A DNA stretch of 64,000 nt from Promethearchaeota archaeon (GCA_048940445.1 JBHLON010000010.1:22102-86101), one strand, 5' to 3'; shown: positions 30,454 to 40,714, counted from the stretch's first letter. Program-made: numbers and translations. The notes: generated from the letters alone by a model not told the origin.

Positions 30454-31389
30454 TTATAGGCTCATAGTTTTCATTTTGTGTTCAAGTAATTCAAATCCTG
30501 CCTTAATCATTTCTGGAATCTCATTGTCTAAACCAAATGTGATATAAGGCAAGCTACTTCGACCATATATGAATTTCATTCGATTTTTAAAGTTAATGTC
30601 TAATTTATGTTGATAGGATGAGATTATATGGTCCAAGAAGAGATCTCCCTCTTTAAAAAATAAAAAATCAGCAGCGGGATCATAAATTCGTGAGTCCTCA
30701 AAATCAATTATTCCTGTAATTTTAAAGGTTTTTGGATCTATTAGAATGTTAGAAGTGTCAAAATCTCCATGTATCAAGGTTGGCTTAAAACGAAAATTTT
30801 CTTTCTCATCTAAGAATTTCTTGAAGAGTTTATTTAACCATTCCTTTTGTTTAGAATTAAGCAATGTAAATATCTTCTTTTGAATCGTGTTGTAATATTC
30901 ATACCATTCTTTTTCATATTGCTTTGATGAATAATTTTCACCCATATCATTTGAGACAACGTCTCGAAGGGTATCTGAATGTAAATGCGATAAAAATTGT
31001 CCAATTTGCTCAGCAATTTTGATTTTTTGGCTTTTTGAGGTTTTATGAAAGCATTGAGATAGAGAGATCCCATCAATTTTATCATAACCAATTAATGGGT
31101 AATTCAATTCAACTGAGACATAAATCGGGTCAGGAATAGTGAACGGGACATATTTTTCTATTAGATTTAATATTTTAAGTTCTCTTTTAATTAAGTTTAC
31201 CCCCTTGATGTTTCTTAAATGTATATCAGGAAAACGAAAAATATATTTCTTTTTTACTTCAAAAACGTTATATGTTCCATGGTAAAGAAACTTAATGTCT
31301 GGCTTCTCGATATCATGAAAAAAAACATACAATGCATCAATTAATTCTGATAAGGAGATGTCTGCTTTTCTACTCTCTTCATAAAACAT
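30454..31389 (-). CDS. APH/choline kinase-like phosphotransferase
   Basis: YIFRFP, IHGDFDTSNIL and GIIDFED. Confidence 0.88.
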   Translation of the reverse strand: MFYEESRKADISLSELIDALYVFFHDIEKPDIKFLYHGTYNVFEVKKKYIFRFPDIHLRNIKGVNLIKRELKILNLIEKYVPFTIPDPIYVSVELNYPLIGYDKIDGISLSQCFHKTSKSQKIKIAEQIGQFLSHLHSDTLRDVVSNDMGENYSSKQYEKEWYEYYNTIQKKIFTLLNSKQKEWLNKLFKKFLDEKENFRFKPTLIHGDFDTSNILIDPKTFKITGIIDFEDSRIYDPAADFLFFKEGDLFLDHIISSYQHKLDINFKNRMKFIYGRSSLPYITFGLDNEIPEMIKAGFELLEHKMKTMSL

Positions 31390-31455
31390 AATTGAAAATA
31401 GCTTTAATGTGATTTTAAGTGTAAATTATGTAAATAATGATTTATTTATTATGGT

Positions 31456-32166
31456 ATGGAAGATGAACCTTTATGGGAAATAGAAAGTTGGACCCTTCAA
31501 GTTCGTCAACTCATAAAAAAACTCTCAAAATTCTCTGAAAAATCCAAATTAATTCTAATTTTAAGGCATTCTGAAAGACTTGAGCCAAAAGAAATCGGGG
31601 ATGGAATAGAATTGCATTTAACTGAAAAAGGACATAAAATGGCCCATCTTTTTGGTCTTAAATTGCCTAAAGAACGACAAATTAGAATATATCACAGTGT
31701 TGCAGCACGATGCAAAGAAACAGCAGTTGATATTTTAAAAGGCTTTGAAAGTAACGGTGGCAATGGAAATATAGAGGGGAATCTAGAACCTTTACATGTG
31801 CTAGGAGTCGATCGTGAATTTTTCATTAAGGAACTTAAGAAAAGACCGACAGCTGAATTTTTTAGGAGATGGATGGCAGTATTGTATCCTCCGCATAAAA
31901 TAAGTAGACTTTCTACTTACTGCCAGAATGCTGCAAAAGTAATATGGAATCGTTTTTCTACTCTTCCAGAAGGAGGAATAGATCTCCATGTGACCCATGA
32001 AATTCTTATTATGGCTTTAAGGTTAGGATGGTTTGGTTTACCACCTAATGATTATTGGGTTAACTTTCTTGGAGGATATGCTTTTACATTTAAAAATGAC
32101 AAGATTTTACTCTTAGACAATAACCAGTTTTTAGAAGTTGATTACCCATACTGGTGGAGATTATGA
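31456..32166 (+). CDS. Histidine phosphatase superfamily protein (paralog of 29726-30445)
   Basis: LRHS, RCKETA and VTHE; shared PYWW C-terminus. Confidence 0.85.
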   Translation: MEDEPLWEIESWTLQVRQLIKKLSKFSEKSKLILILRHSERLEPKEIGDGIELHLTEKGHKMAHLFGLKLPKERQIRIYHSVAARCKETAVDILKGFESNGGNGNIEGNLEPLHVLGVDREFFIKELKKRPTAEFFRRWMAVLYPPHKISRLSTYCQNAAKVIWNRFSTLPEGGIDLHVTHEILIMALRLGWFGLPPNDYWVNFLGGYAFTFKNDKILLLDNNQFLEVDYPYWWRL

Positions 32167-32175
32167 TAAGAACCC

Positions 32176-33198
32176 TTATTTTAATCTAACTCTTGGATCA
32201 AGTGCACTATTAATAAGATCAGCTATAAGATTTAATATAATCACTGAAATTGAAAAAACAAAAACAATAGCTATAATCAGAGAATAATCTGAAACTCTAA
32301 CAGCTAATCGAAACAGGAAACCCAGCCCAGGGAAATTGTAAATTATTTCAACGGCAATCATTCCACCAAATACTAATGGAAATCCCATAGCTGATACTGT
32401 AATAACTGGTGGTAAAGCATTCTTAACAGCATGTTTCTTTACAATTTGCTTTTTCGAACATCCTTTTGCTTCTGCAGTTCTGATATAATCGTTTTGTAAA
32501 ACATCCAAGAGACTAGATCTTGTATGCCTAATAACAGCAACCATTTGAATAATCGTCATCGCTGAAATAGGGACTATGAGATGCCAAATGTAATCTACAA
32601 ATATGTATATTTGGCCAGATAAGAGAGAATCTATTAAACGCGACCCAGTGATTATTGGTGGTTCGGGATATCTAAGATTTTTATATCCAAACATAGGTAA
32701 TATTTTTAACGGTGTGTAAATATATAATTGCCAAAAAAATATTACTATGACAAAAGCTGGAATTGAAATAAAGAAATAAGTAAAAATTCTGATAATTTTA
32801 TCTCTTAAAGAATTCTTATGGGAAGCAGCAATTCTCCCTAATAAAAATCCAAAAAACATAGCAATTAATAAGCTTATTATCGTAACTTCTAAAGTTTTTG
32901 GTAAATGAGTATTAATTAAGTCCCAAATGGGATAATCTGGTTGTACTGAAAGTGAAACACCCCAATTTCCTGTCAGTATATCTCCCATATAAACAAAAAA
33001 TTGAACGATGATAGGTTCATCTAATCCTAACCTTGCCCTTTCTTTGTAATAGTCTTCCAGAGTAGCTTTGGCTGGAAGCCGGTGCCACACAGGATCTCCT
33101 GGAATCATCCTCGATAAGAAAAAAGTAATAACTATTATCGCAAATATCGTAACGAGTGATAATAATATCCTTTTAATAAGATATTTTAAAAATTTCAT
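32176..33198 (-). CDS. dppB: Peptide/nickel ABC transporter permease, DppB/OppB type
   Basis: PGDP, LGLDEP and EAA-loop DYIRTAEAKG. Confidence 0.9.
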   Translation of the reverse strand: MKFLKYLIKRILLSLVTIFAIIVITFFLSRMIPGDPVWHRLPAKATLEDYYKERARLGLDEPIIVQFFVYMGDILTGNWGVSLSVQPDYPIWDLINTHLPKTLEVTIISLLIAMFFGFLLGRIAASHKNSLRDKIIRIFTYFFISIPAFVIVIFFWQLYIYTPLKILPMFGYKNLRYPEPPIITGSRLIDSLLSGQIYIFVDYIWHLIVPISAMTIIQMVAVIRHTRSSLLDVLQNDYIRTAEAKGCSKKQIVKKHAVKNALPPVITVSAMGFPLVFGGMIAVEIIYNFPGLGFLFRLAVRVSDYSLIIAIVFVFSISVIILNLIADLINSALDPRVRLK

Positions 33199-33351
33199 AT
33201 CAAATTCACTCTACTAATCTTTTTATCACGAAGAATGGAAATAATTCTCTTTGCAAATTTCTTTCAAATATATAAATTTCAGTATCTTATTTAATTTAAT
33301 TAAATATTATCATTTAATATTAACATTAGAGTACATTTTCATTTCGATTCA

Positions 33352-34359
33352 ATGACTATAATAGATGTAAAAAGAGAAATACAAGCAGAAAGTAATACAA
33401 GTAATATAATAAATATTGAATTCTTTAGAGTTCTTAAGAATGTTAAATTCTTCTTTTTTTTAGATCATATCGATAGGGAAATTAAAGATATTCAATTATA
33501 CTCAGATATAAAAAGGTCAAACGGAAGAACCATGAAATCCTTAAAATCATTTTTATTTATTATTGGATTAACTATAGTTTTTTGTCTTGTTAATATAGCT
33601 ATTTTTCAAGATTGGTTTTCATATCGTACAAAAGCATCAGGATTTGGACTCGGTTGGTTATCTAATAAAGCTTTTTCACCTCCATCGCCTCAACATCCCT
33701 TAGGGACAACATTTAGTGGTTTTGATGTTTTAGCCAGACTTATTTTTGGCACTCGGTATACATTAATTGTTATTTTAGTTTCTACACTCATTAGTGTATT
33801 CGCAGGAATTATAATAGGATTAATTTCTGCATTTTATGGAGGTTGGCTTGATATGATTGTAATGAGGATTATGGATATTTTGATGTCCTTCCCAGGAGTT
33901 GTTTTCGCTATTCTTTTTCTTTTAATTTTGGGTCGAACTTACGAATTGACTATTATTGCTTTTGGGATAATTGGACTTCCTTACTTCTCTAGAGTTGTTC
34001 GAAGTTGTGTTCTGAAAGAAAAAGAATTACCTTATATCCAAGCTGCGAAAGTAATTGGAGCAAAAAAGATGAGAATAATGTTTCTACATATTTTACCAAA
34101 CTGTTATCAATCCATTTTAGTTTCAACAGCCTTTAATGTTGGAAAGGTTTTGTTAGGTTTAACAGTTCTAGCTTTTTTAGGATTTAACAGAATTCCATTC
34201 TTCTGGGGACAGGATATCATAAGTGTCATGAATTATGTATATACAGCACCGTGGGCTATTTTTTGGCCAGTTGTTATGATAATTATAACTATAATGGGTT
34301 TCTTATTACTTGGTGATGGCCTACGAGAAACTTTTTCATTAAAGACTGAGCAAATATAA
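33352..34359 (+). CDS. dppC: Peptide/nickel ABC transporter permease, DppC/OppC type
   Basis: HPLGTT, YIQAAKVIGA, HILPN and GDGLR. Confidence 0.9.
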   Translation: MTIIDVKREIQAESNTSNIINIEFFRVLKNVKFFFFLDHIDREIKDIQLYSDIKRSNGRTMKSLKSFLFIIGLTIVFCLVNIAIFQDWFSYRTKASGFGLGWLSNKAFSPPSPQHPLGTTFSGFDVLARLIFGTRYTLIVILVSTLISVFAGIIIGLISAFYGGWLDMIVMRIMDILMSFPGVVFAILFLLILGRTYELTIIAFGIIGLPYFSRVVRSCVLKEKELPYIQAAKVIGAKKMRIMFLHILPNCYQSILVSTAFNVGKVLLGLTVLAFLGFNRIPFFWGQDIISVMNYVYTAPWAIFWPVVMIIITIMGFLLLGDGLRETFSLKTEQI

Positions 34360-34448
34360 TTAGTAATTTTTGATGCTTTATTTAGATATTAGATTAATTC
34401 TTATATTAATTGTTTTAAACCTTAAAATTTATAAGTAAAGATCGATTA

Positions 34449-34462
34449 GTTCTATATAGTAC
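34449..34462. promoter_or_regulatory. Putative MarR operator
   Basis: Near-perfect palindrome GTTCTATATAGTAC upstream of a two-gene unit ending in marR. Confidence 0.45.
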
Positions 34463-34486
34463 AATCCCATATAAAAATAAAATGAA

Positions 34487-34957
34487 GTGAACTATATGAA
34501 TAATGAACAAGTGAAAAAAGAATGTTTAGAGTTAATGGAACGGTCTAAAGCAGCATATCTCACTACAATAGACCATGAAGGAAAACCTATCACAAGAGCT
34601 ATGTTCAATTTAAGAAATAAACAGCAATTTCCAGACCTTTCTAAGTTATTCTTAAACCAAAAAAATCAATTTTTAATCTACATCTCCACAAACACATCTT
34701 CATCTAAAATATCCCACATTAAAAAAAATTCCGCAATTAATGTTTATTTCTGCGATCCAGATGACTTTAAAGGGGTGATGTTAGGTGGAGATGCGGAGAT
34801 AATTGAGGATATGAAGATAAAGCAACATGTCTGGTTAGATTGGTGGACGAGATACTACCCTGAAGGCCTTAATGATCCAGATTATACTCTGTTACGTTTA
34901 AATCCTAAAACTCTAAGATATTATTATAGATTAGATCAAATTAAGTTGAATTTGTGA
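34487..34957 (+). CDS. Pyridoxamine 5'-phosphate oxidase-like / general stress protein 26 family
   Basis: YLTTID..G.PITRAM, STNTSSSK and YYPEGLNDPDY. Confidence 0.85.
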   Translation: MNYMNNEQVKKECLELMERSKAAYLTTIDHEGKPITRAMFNLRNKQQFPDLSKLFLNQKNQFLIYISTNTSSSKISHIKKNSAINVYFCDPDDFKGVMLGGDAEIIEDMKIKQHVWLDWWTRYYPEGLNDPDYTLLRLNPKTLRYYYRLDQIKLNL

Positions 34958-34960
34958 AGT

Positions 34961-35413
34961 TTGATGGAATCTCAAAAGAGAGGTGGATTTTTAGTTGCTA
35001 AAGTACATCAACTTTCTCAGAGGATTTTCACTAAAATTCTTAGAAAAGCGAATGTAACCGAATTAAACCCTGCTCAAGGAAGAATCATGTTTGTTTTATG
35101 GCGTGAAGATAATATTTCAATCCATGAACTATCAAAAAGAACTCTTTTGAGTAAATCAACTTTAACTTCAATGCTTGATCGCCTGGAGAAATCGGGATTT
35201 ATAAAGCGAGTACCATCAAAAACAGATAGAAGGAAAATCTTAATCCAATTAATAAATAAAGATGAGAGCTTTCAAACGAAATATATTAATGTCTCCAAAG
35301 ATATGACAAGAGTTTATTACAATAATTTCACAGAGCAAGAAATTAATGAATTTGAAAAATATTTAGAACGAATTTTAAATAATCTTTTAAAATATAATAA
35401 GAAAAATAAATAA
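34961..35413 (+). CDS. MarR-family regulator
   Basis: KSTLTSMLDRLEKSGFIKR...DRR. Confidence 0.92.
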   Translation: MMESQKRGGFLVAKVHQLSQRIFTKILRKANVTELNPAQGRIMFVLWREDNISIHELSKRTLLSKSTLTSMLDRLEKSGFIKRVPSKTDRRKILIQLINKDESFQTKYINVSKDMTRVYYNNFTEQEINEFEKYLERILNNLLKYNKKNK

Positions 35414-35439
35414 TTCCAATTCTTTATTTCCTCTCTTTT

Positions 35440-36387
35440 TTATAAATGAGAATTTAACCAGCTTATTACATCATTATAAACTTCATCACGGTTAACTTCA
35501 TTGAAGATTTCATGGCGAGCTCCTTCATAAAACTTGGATGTAATCTCTTTAACACCGTATTTTTTAAGTCTCTCTATCATTGCTATAACTCCTTTTGTTT
35601 TATTTCCGACAGGACATAAGGATCCAGATATGAAATAGATGGGTAAATCTTTAGGAATTTTTTGTTCATTTTTTTCATCATATATCTTTTCCATTCCATG
35701 AATAAATTCTAGCCATAAGGTAGCTGGTGAAATAAATCCACACCAAGGGTCATCAATATATTTCTGAACTTCTATTTTGTCTCGGCTAAGCCATTCAAAC
35801 CCTGTAGCACCTTCATCCTTTTGCCAATCATGATTATATGAAGCAAAATTCATATCATGCATTTTCTGACTTGGTGCTGTAGGTTCTAACTTCTTAATCT
35901 CATTTTTTACAATTAATTTCCCAGCTTTCAATACCATCTTTCTTACTTTACCATTAGTGCCACTTAAGATACATCCCTTTATTTCATTACCCCATTCTTG
36001 AATATAATCTTGCGTCAACATTGCACCCCAGGAATGTCCAATTAAGAATAAAGGGAGATTAGGATTTTCTTTCTTAATAATCATCGATAATTCATGAAGA
36101 TCATTAACTACACCTTGCCATCCATTTGGTCCCAAAACTCCAGCCTTTCCCTCTAATGTAGCCTCAGTTAAATCACCAGCAGTTAATCCATGCCCACGAG
36201 CATCGTTTGCATAACAAATAAAGCCTTCTTTACAAAGAGCTTCTGCTACTCTTGTGTATCTGGACGCATGTTCTGCTAACCCATGAACGAATTGAACAGC
36301 AGCTTTAGGATCTGTTTCGGGGGACCATTTATATACAAAAATCTCAATATCATCTTGATCCTTAAATGTAAAGGTATTAATTTTCAT
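35440..36387 (-). CDS. Alpha/beta hydrolase (lysophospholipase/monoacylglycerol lipase-like)
   Basis: HGLAEH, DARGHG, GHSWG and ARHEIFNE. Confidence 0.92.
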   Translation of the reverse strand: MKINTFTFKDQDDIEIFVYKWSPETDPKAAVQFVHGLAEHASRYTRVAEALCKEGFICYANDARGHGLTAGDLTEATLEGKAGVLGPNGWQGVVNDLHELSMIIKKENPNLPLFLIGHSWGAMLTQDYIQEWGNEIKGCILSGTNGKVRKMVLKAGKLIVKNEIKKLEPTAPSQKMHDMNFASYNHDWQKDEGATGFEWLSRDKIEVQKYIDDPWCGFISPATLWLEFIHGMEKIYDEKNEQKIPKDLPIYFISGSLCPVGNKTKGVIAMIERLKKYGVKEITSKFYEGARHEIFNEVNRDEVYNDVISWLNSHL

Positions 36388-36737
36388 TTTTTTATCACAT
36401 TCTTGTTTTTTAGTATTTTTTAATTCGAATAAAAAACGAAAGTCTTATTTTTATTCCGTTAAGTATTCAAACATCATCCGTAATTTATTGATTTTAATAG
36501 ATCTCTACAATTTTTAAATTTTTTCATTTATTGGGGAAGGTATAAAAATCTCGGAAAATATGGGAGCTAAATAAAATTTCATAAAATAAGTTGGTTCATT
36601 AAAAATGAGGAGATCTTTCCGTAGTATGAATATTTAATATAATACTAGCAAAGAGATTTATGAATTTAGGGCCAGTAGAGTTTAAATAGAAGTAATAAGG
36701 AATCATATTGACAGAAAAGTAAATTCAGAATCTGATT

Positions 36738-37295
36738 TTAATGAATCACGCAATCTACCAAATTAACATCCTTTAACTGAATGCAAGCAAGTTCAACTTC
36801 ATATCCATGTACACTAGAAACCTTAGCTTTATATATAGCATATTTCGCCAATTTGATTGCATTTTTATGCATAGGACTCAACCTTTTGATTTGATTAATT
36901 TTTTTAGCTTCTTGTTTGAATTGCTTGTATATTTTATATACTAGATCGATATAACAACGAGGATTTTCGTAATCTACATGGACAGCTTTTTTACCCACGT
37001 GGAGATGTGTTCCTTTTGGTTTATTATTTTTAATTTTTTCAAATAACTCTTTTTTCATTATATTCGGATCTTTATCTTTAGATGTAGTGTAAATTATGTC
37101 CACATCACTTGTACGGATATCAGTTTGCTTGCCTCCTGATCCTCCTTTTTTTACAGCTGCAATTTTAAATCCTGAAGTTTTGCGTAGGAAATTCATCATA
37201 TGGTTCACTTTTGAGTTATATCTTTCTCGAGTTTTAGGATCGGTATTGATTTGATGCAAATGTTCTATTAATTTCTCCATAGTGAGTTTAATCAT
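36738..37295 (-). CDS. Pol-beta superfamily nucleotidyltransferase, OAS/cGAS-DncV-like (short or truncated)
   Basis: KKGGSGGKQTDIRTSDVDII, third Asp in IDLV, and AIKLAK...GYEVEL. Confidence 0.75.
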   Translation of the reverse strand: MIKLTMEKLIEHLHQINTDPKTRERYNSKVNHMMNFLRKTSGFKIAAVKKGGSGGKQTDIRTSDVDIIYTTSKDKDPNIMKKELFEKIKNNKPKGTHLHVGKKAVHVDYENPRCYIDLVYKIYKQFKQEAKKINQIKRLSPMHKNAIKLAKYAIYKAKVSSVHGYEVELACIQLKDVNLVDCVIH

Positions 37296-37359
37296 CTATA
37301 TTTCGCCTAAAGATAATCATCAACAATATTAACATAATAAATTAAATAAAAAAACAAAT

Positions 37360-38793
37360 TTAGATATCTAAATTAGTAGTTATTGATTTTTGTTTCATTT
37401 TACCATATATTATTACAAATATTATAAATAAAGATGCAATAATCAATTGTATGCATGCAATTAAAAAAATTGATTTAAATGCAAATTGAGTGGAATATAT
37501 ATTATTATTTGCATTAGTTAGAAAAAATCCTCCAATTAAGGGTGTGAAAAGACCTCCAATTCCTTTAAATGTATTAAGGATTGCACCACTACTCCCTTTT
37601 TCTTCTTTTGGTGTGATCGAAAAGATTGTTACTTGATATGCTCCCGTTGCAGATCCCCAACCTATTGCTACGATTATAAGAAAAATTATAAGCCCTATTA
37701 AATTTTTGACAAAGATAGCCATAATAAAGAAACCAAAACAGGCAATTAGCAAACCAATTAATAATATTAATTTAGATCCAAATTTATCAATAATCAATCC
37801 TCCTAATATTACCATAAGAAACATAATACCGGTGTAAATAGTAAGTATATTACCACTGTTTGTAATATTAAAGTGTAATACCAATTGAGCGTATGTTGGT
37901 ATAAATAAAGCAGTACATGTAGTTGCGGCGAAGGTTAGCATAAAAGCTAGATTTAGTCCCAAAACCTCTCTTTTTTTCAATATAGATATATTGATTATTG
38001 GTTCGGTTGTATTCCGTTCCTTTAAATATAATAATAAAAACAAAAATAATGAAACGATAAACAGTGAGAATACTGTTGGTTCTATAAAATTTACAGTTTC
38101 AACCCTTACTAATCCTAACAACATCATGATTAGAGCACCAATCAATAAACAGGATCCAAGATAATCAATATTATGCTTTTTTTTGTAATTACTCTCTTTG
38201 ATTTTAAAAGTTAATAAAATTGAAGTGATTCCTATCGGAACATTAAGATAAAATATGCTACGCCAACCAATATGCTGAATAAGAAATCCTCCAATATTCG
38301 GACCGATTATAGTTGCGAGTATACCCATAGATGATAATATACTGATAGTCCTCCCTTGTTTATTTGCAGACGCAGCAGAACTCATTGCAGCTAACGCTGA
38401 GGGTAAAATAAGACCTCCCCCAACTGCTTGGATTGCTCTAAAACTCACTAATGAAAAAATATTCCATGATAAACCACAAGCGAGAGATCCAATTATGAAT
38501 ATTGTGACACCATATATATAGATTCGTTTCTTGCCATACACATCCGCAAATTTTCCCGCTAAAGGCAATATTGATGTCGAAATTAAGAGGTAAATTATAA
38601 CGGTCCAAGATACCCAATTATAGGATGTATTAAAGTATTTTACTATTGTTGGTAATGCAGGTGAAAAGATATAAGAATCTAGCCCTAGCATAAAAACACC
38701 CAAAGCTAATATCCCCATTACAAAATAAGGTGAAATTGATTTATGCCTAATGAAGTTCGAATCTTTTTTTTCCGTTGAATCTTTTTCATTCAT
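37360..38793 (-). CDS. 14-TM MFS drug:H+ antiporter (DHA2/EmrB-like)
   Basis: GKFADVYGKK, RAIQAVGGG and WRSIFYLNVPIG; start moved to ATG 38793 behind GGGGA. Confidence 0.9.
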   Translation of the reverse strand: MNEKDSTEKKDSNFIRHKSISPYFVMGILALGVFMLGLDSYIFSPALPTIVKYFNTSYNWVSWTVIIYLLISTSILPLAGKFADVYGKKRIYIYGVTIFIIGSLACGLSWNIFSLVSFRAIQAVGGGLILPSALAAMSSAASANKQGRTISILSSMGILATIIGPNIGGFLIQHIGWRSIFYLNVPIGITSILLTFKIKESNYKKKHNIDYLGSCLLIGALIMMLLGLVRVETVNFIEPTVFSLFIVSLFLFLLLYLKERNTTEPIINISILKKREVLGLNLAFMLTFAATTCTALFIPTYAQLVLHFNITNSGNILTIYTGIMFLMVILGGLIIDKFGSKLILLIGLLIACFGFFIMAIFVKNLIGLIIFLIIVAIGWGSATGAYQVTIFSITPKEEKGSSGAILNTFKGIGGLFTPLIGGFFLTNANNNIYSTQFAFKSIFLIACIQLIIASLFIIFVIIYGKMKQKSITTNLDI

Positions 38794-38833
38794 TTTTAAT
38801 TCCCCTGTTTTTAATAAAAATTTAATTTTCTTC

Positions 38834-38901
38834 AATAAGATACTGAAGTATCTTATTTAATATAGGAAAAGAAAGATTATTTAAGAAACTTTCGTTTCTT
38901 A
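38834..38901. promoter_or_regulatory. Two TetR operator palindromes between the divergent MFS and tetR genes
   Basis: AATAAGATACT-GA-AGTATCTTATT (38834-38857) and TAAGAAAC-TTTC-GTTTCTTA (38882-38901). Confidence 0.8.
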
Positions 38902-38904
38902 TTA

Positions 38905-39513
38905 TTGATGACAGAAAAACAAGATCAAAAAAAAGATAAAAAATCTTCAGATAATTCTAAACAAACTCGTCGAAGAGGAGAAAAACTTGAAGATGCTATA
39001 CTTCAAGCGACTTGGGATGAATTAGAAAGGATAGGATATAAAAATTTGACAATGGATAATGTTGCATCAAAAGCTCACACAAGTAAATCGGTAATTTATC
39101 GTCGATGGACCGGTCGTGCAGATTTAGTTCTTGCATCTCTGCGAAATAGGATGGGATCGGTTGAAAATCATATACCTGATACAGGAAATCTACGTGAAGA
39201 TGTATTACAATTATTAAATCAAGAAAAAGGTAAATTTCTACAAATTCCAAAAAAAATTAGAGAAGAAATTATAACAGAGTTCTTACCTTTAGAAAAATCA
39301 GGTGTTTTTAGAGTATTACCAGATCTAATGAATGTTATATTGGAACGTGCCAAAAACAGGGGTGAGATACCTAAAAAACCTATACCTTTTCGAATAATTA
39401 GACTCCCATTTGATCTTGTTCGTCATGAATTGATATTTAATCAAAAACTTATAAAAGATTCAGATTTGGAAGAAATTATAGATATCATTTTCCTCCCTTT
39501 AGTTTTAAAGTAA
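38905..39513 (+). CDS. TetR/AcrR-family regulator
   Basis: RRRGEKLEDAIL, TSKSVIYRRW and PDTGNLRED. Confidence 0.92.
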   Translation: MMTEKQDQKKDKKSSDNSKQTRRRGEKLEDAILQATWDELERIGYKNLTMDNVASKAHTSKSVIYRRWTGRADLVLASLRNRMGSVENHIPDTGNLREDVLQLLNQEKGKFLQIPKKIREEIITEFLPLEKSGVFRVLPDLMNVILERAKNRGEIPKKPIPFRIIRLPFDLVRHELIFNQKLIKDSDLEEIIDIIFLPLVLK

Positions 39514-39758
39514 TAAATCAAAATCCTTTTTCTTATATAATTACTTATTCCTTATTTTTTGAGGGGGAGATGGGAGATAGGTTTTATGAGTTTAATAAAA
39601 AATTGTTTTCTATAAGATTAATAATAAAAGATTCTTTAAAAGAATACTTTTGGGTTCCACTACCCATTTATGTATATATAATTAAATGAAAGATATGGTT
39701 TGATGGGATTAGATTACTTGAAACTATAAAAAGAACTTATTATTTTAATTTATTCTTA

Positions 39759-40016
39759 CTATCCATAAATTTCCAATAGGATAGGTTGGTTATCAGACAG
39801 GAATAAATTAATATCATTCGTGGTGATATCTTTTGGATTGTATTTATTAATGATAGTAAAGAACTTATCTAAAATCGACAAATTATAAATCTGAGTAGCT
39901 TCTGAATTGGTTTCTAATTCTGATAAAGTAAATTTTTCAAAATTTCCGAATTGTGTTATTATTTTCTCTTTTCTTTGTTCTATCGAAGCGTTCATAATAG
40001 AAAATAATTTGACCAC
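39759..40016 (-). pseudogene. Possible remnant of a tyrosine recombinase N-terminal (SAM-like) domain
   Basis: SEATQIYNLSILDKFF...NPKDITTNDINLFL; no catalytic domain follows. Confidence 0.4.
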
Positions 40017-40115
40017 GAATTTAAATGTTTAGTAAAAATAAGACTTCAAAATTTTAATTCGAATAAAATCTAATTATTCTTATACTTTTTTGAAATAAAA
40101 AAAAAATTTGAAAAA

Positions 40116-40577
40116 ATGGTGATTAATTTGGATATTCATTATTTTATTGATTTTAGTCAATTTATTATCATTAATGTATTTAATCTAATTGTATTTGCAC
40201 TTTTTTTGGCTCGTGTAAGAAAACCTAAAATATCTAAAAAGATTGGAATACTCTCTTTAGTACTTGGAATTCCAACATTAGTAATAGCAATTTTAAATCT
40301 TTTATTACTGAGAGCTTGGTGGTATTGGGCTTTTCCTTTACTACTTGTAGCTTTTATTATCTTCACTCTAATTGTAGACTATATATGGAAGATTGAATTT
40401 CGAAATCCACGTAGATTGTCAATTCTGATTCCATTTCTTATTTTGTTTTATGTAAGTATAATTTTAATGTGGGGATTAACCTGGATTTTAGGAGTTGCGT
40501 ATGGAGTTATAACGGGAATCACTTATTTTATACAATTATTTGGTGCTTATTATGCCGGTAAACATGGAGTAGGTTAA
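40116..40577 (+). CDS. Hypothetical membrane protein
   Basis: About 5 TM segments; VDYIWKIEFRNP. Confidence 0.75.
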   Translation: MVINLDIHYFIDFSQFIIINVFNLIVFALFLARVRKPKISKKIGILSLVLGIPTLVIAILNLLLLRAWWYWAFPLLLVAFIIFTLIVDYIWKIEFRNPRRLSILIPFLILFYVSIILMWGLTWILGVAYGVITGITYFIQLFGAYYAGKHGVG

Positions 40578-40714
40578 CATTATCTAAAAAGAATTAACCG
40601 ATTTTAAGAAATAATTTATGCATATAATCCTTAAATCCGAATTTTTTCCAAAAGAAAGCCGCTTCTGGATTTTTTGGAACAATACTGAGCTCTACTCTTG
40701 TTAAGAGAATATAA

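Noticed and set aside
30454-31389. Aminoglycoside resistance gene
   Set aside because: The APH-like fold is shared by many metabolic kinases; there is no specific evidence for an antibiotic substrate
35440-37295. Complete CBASS operon (NTase + lipase effector)
   Set aside because: The hydrolase is a typical stand-alone lysophospholipase-like enzyme, 350 nt away with its own TATA-like element; no sensor domain or cap genes
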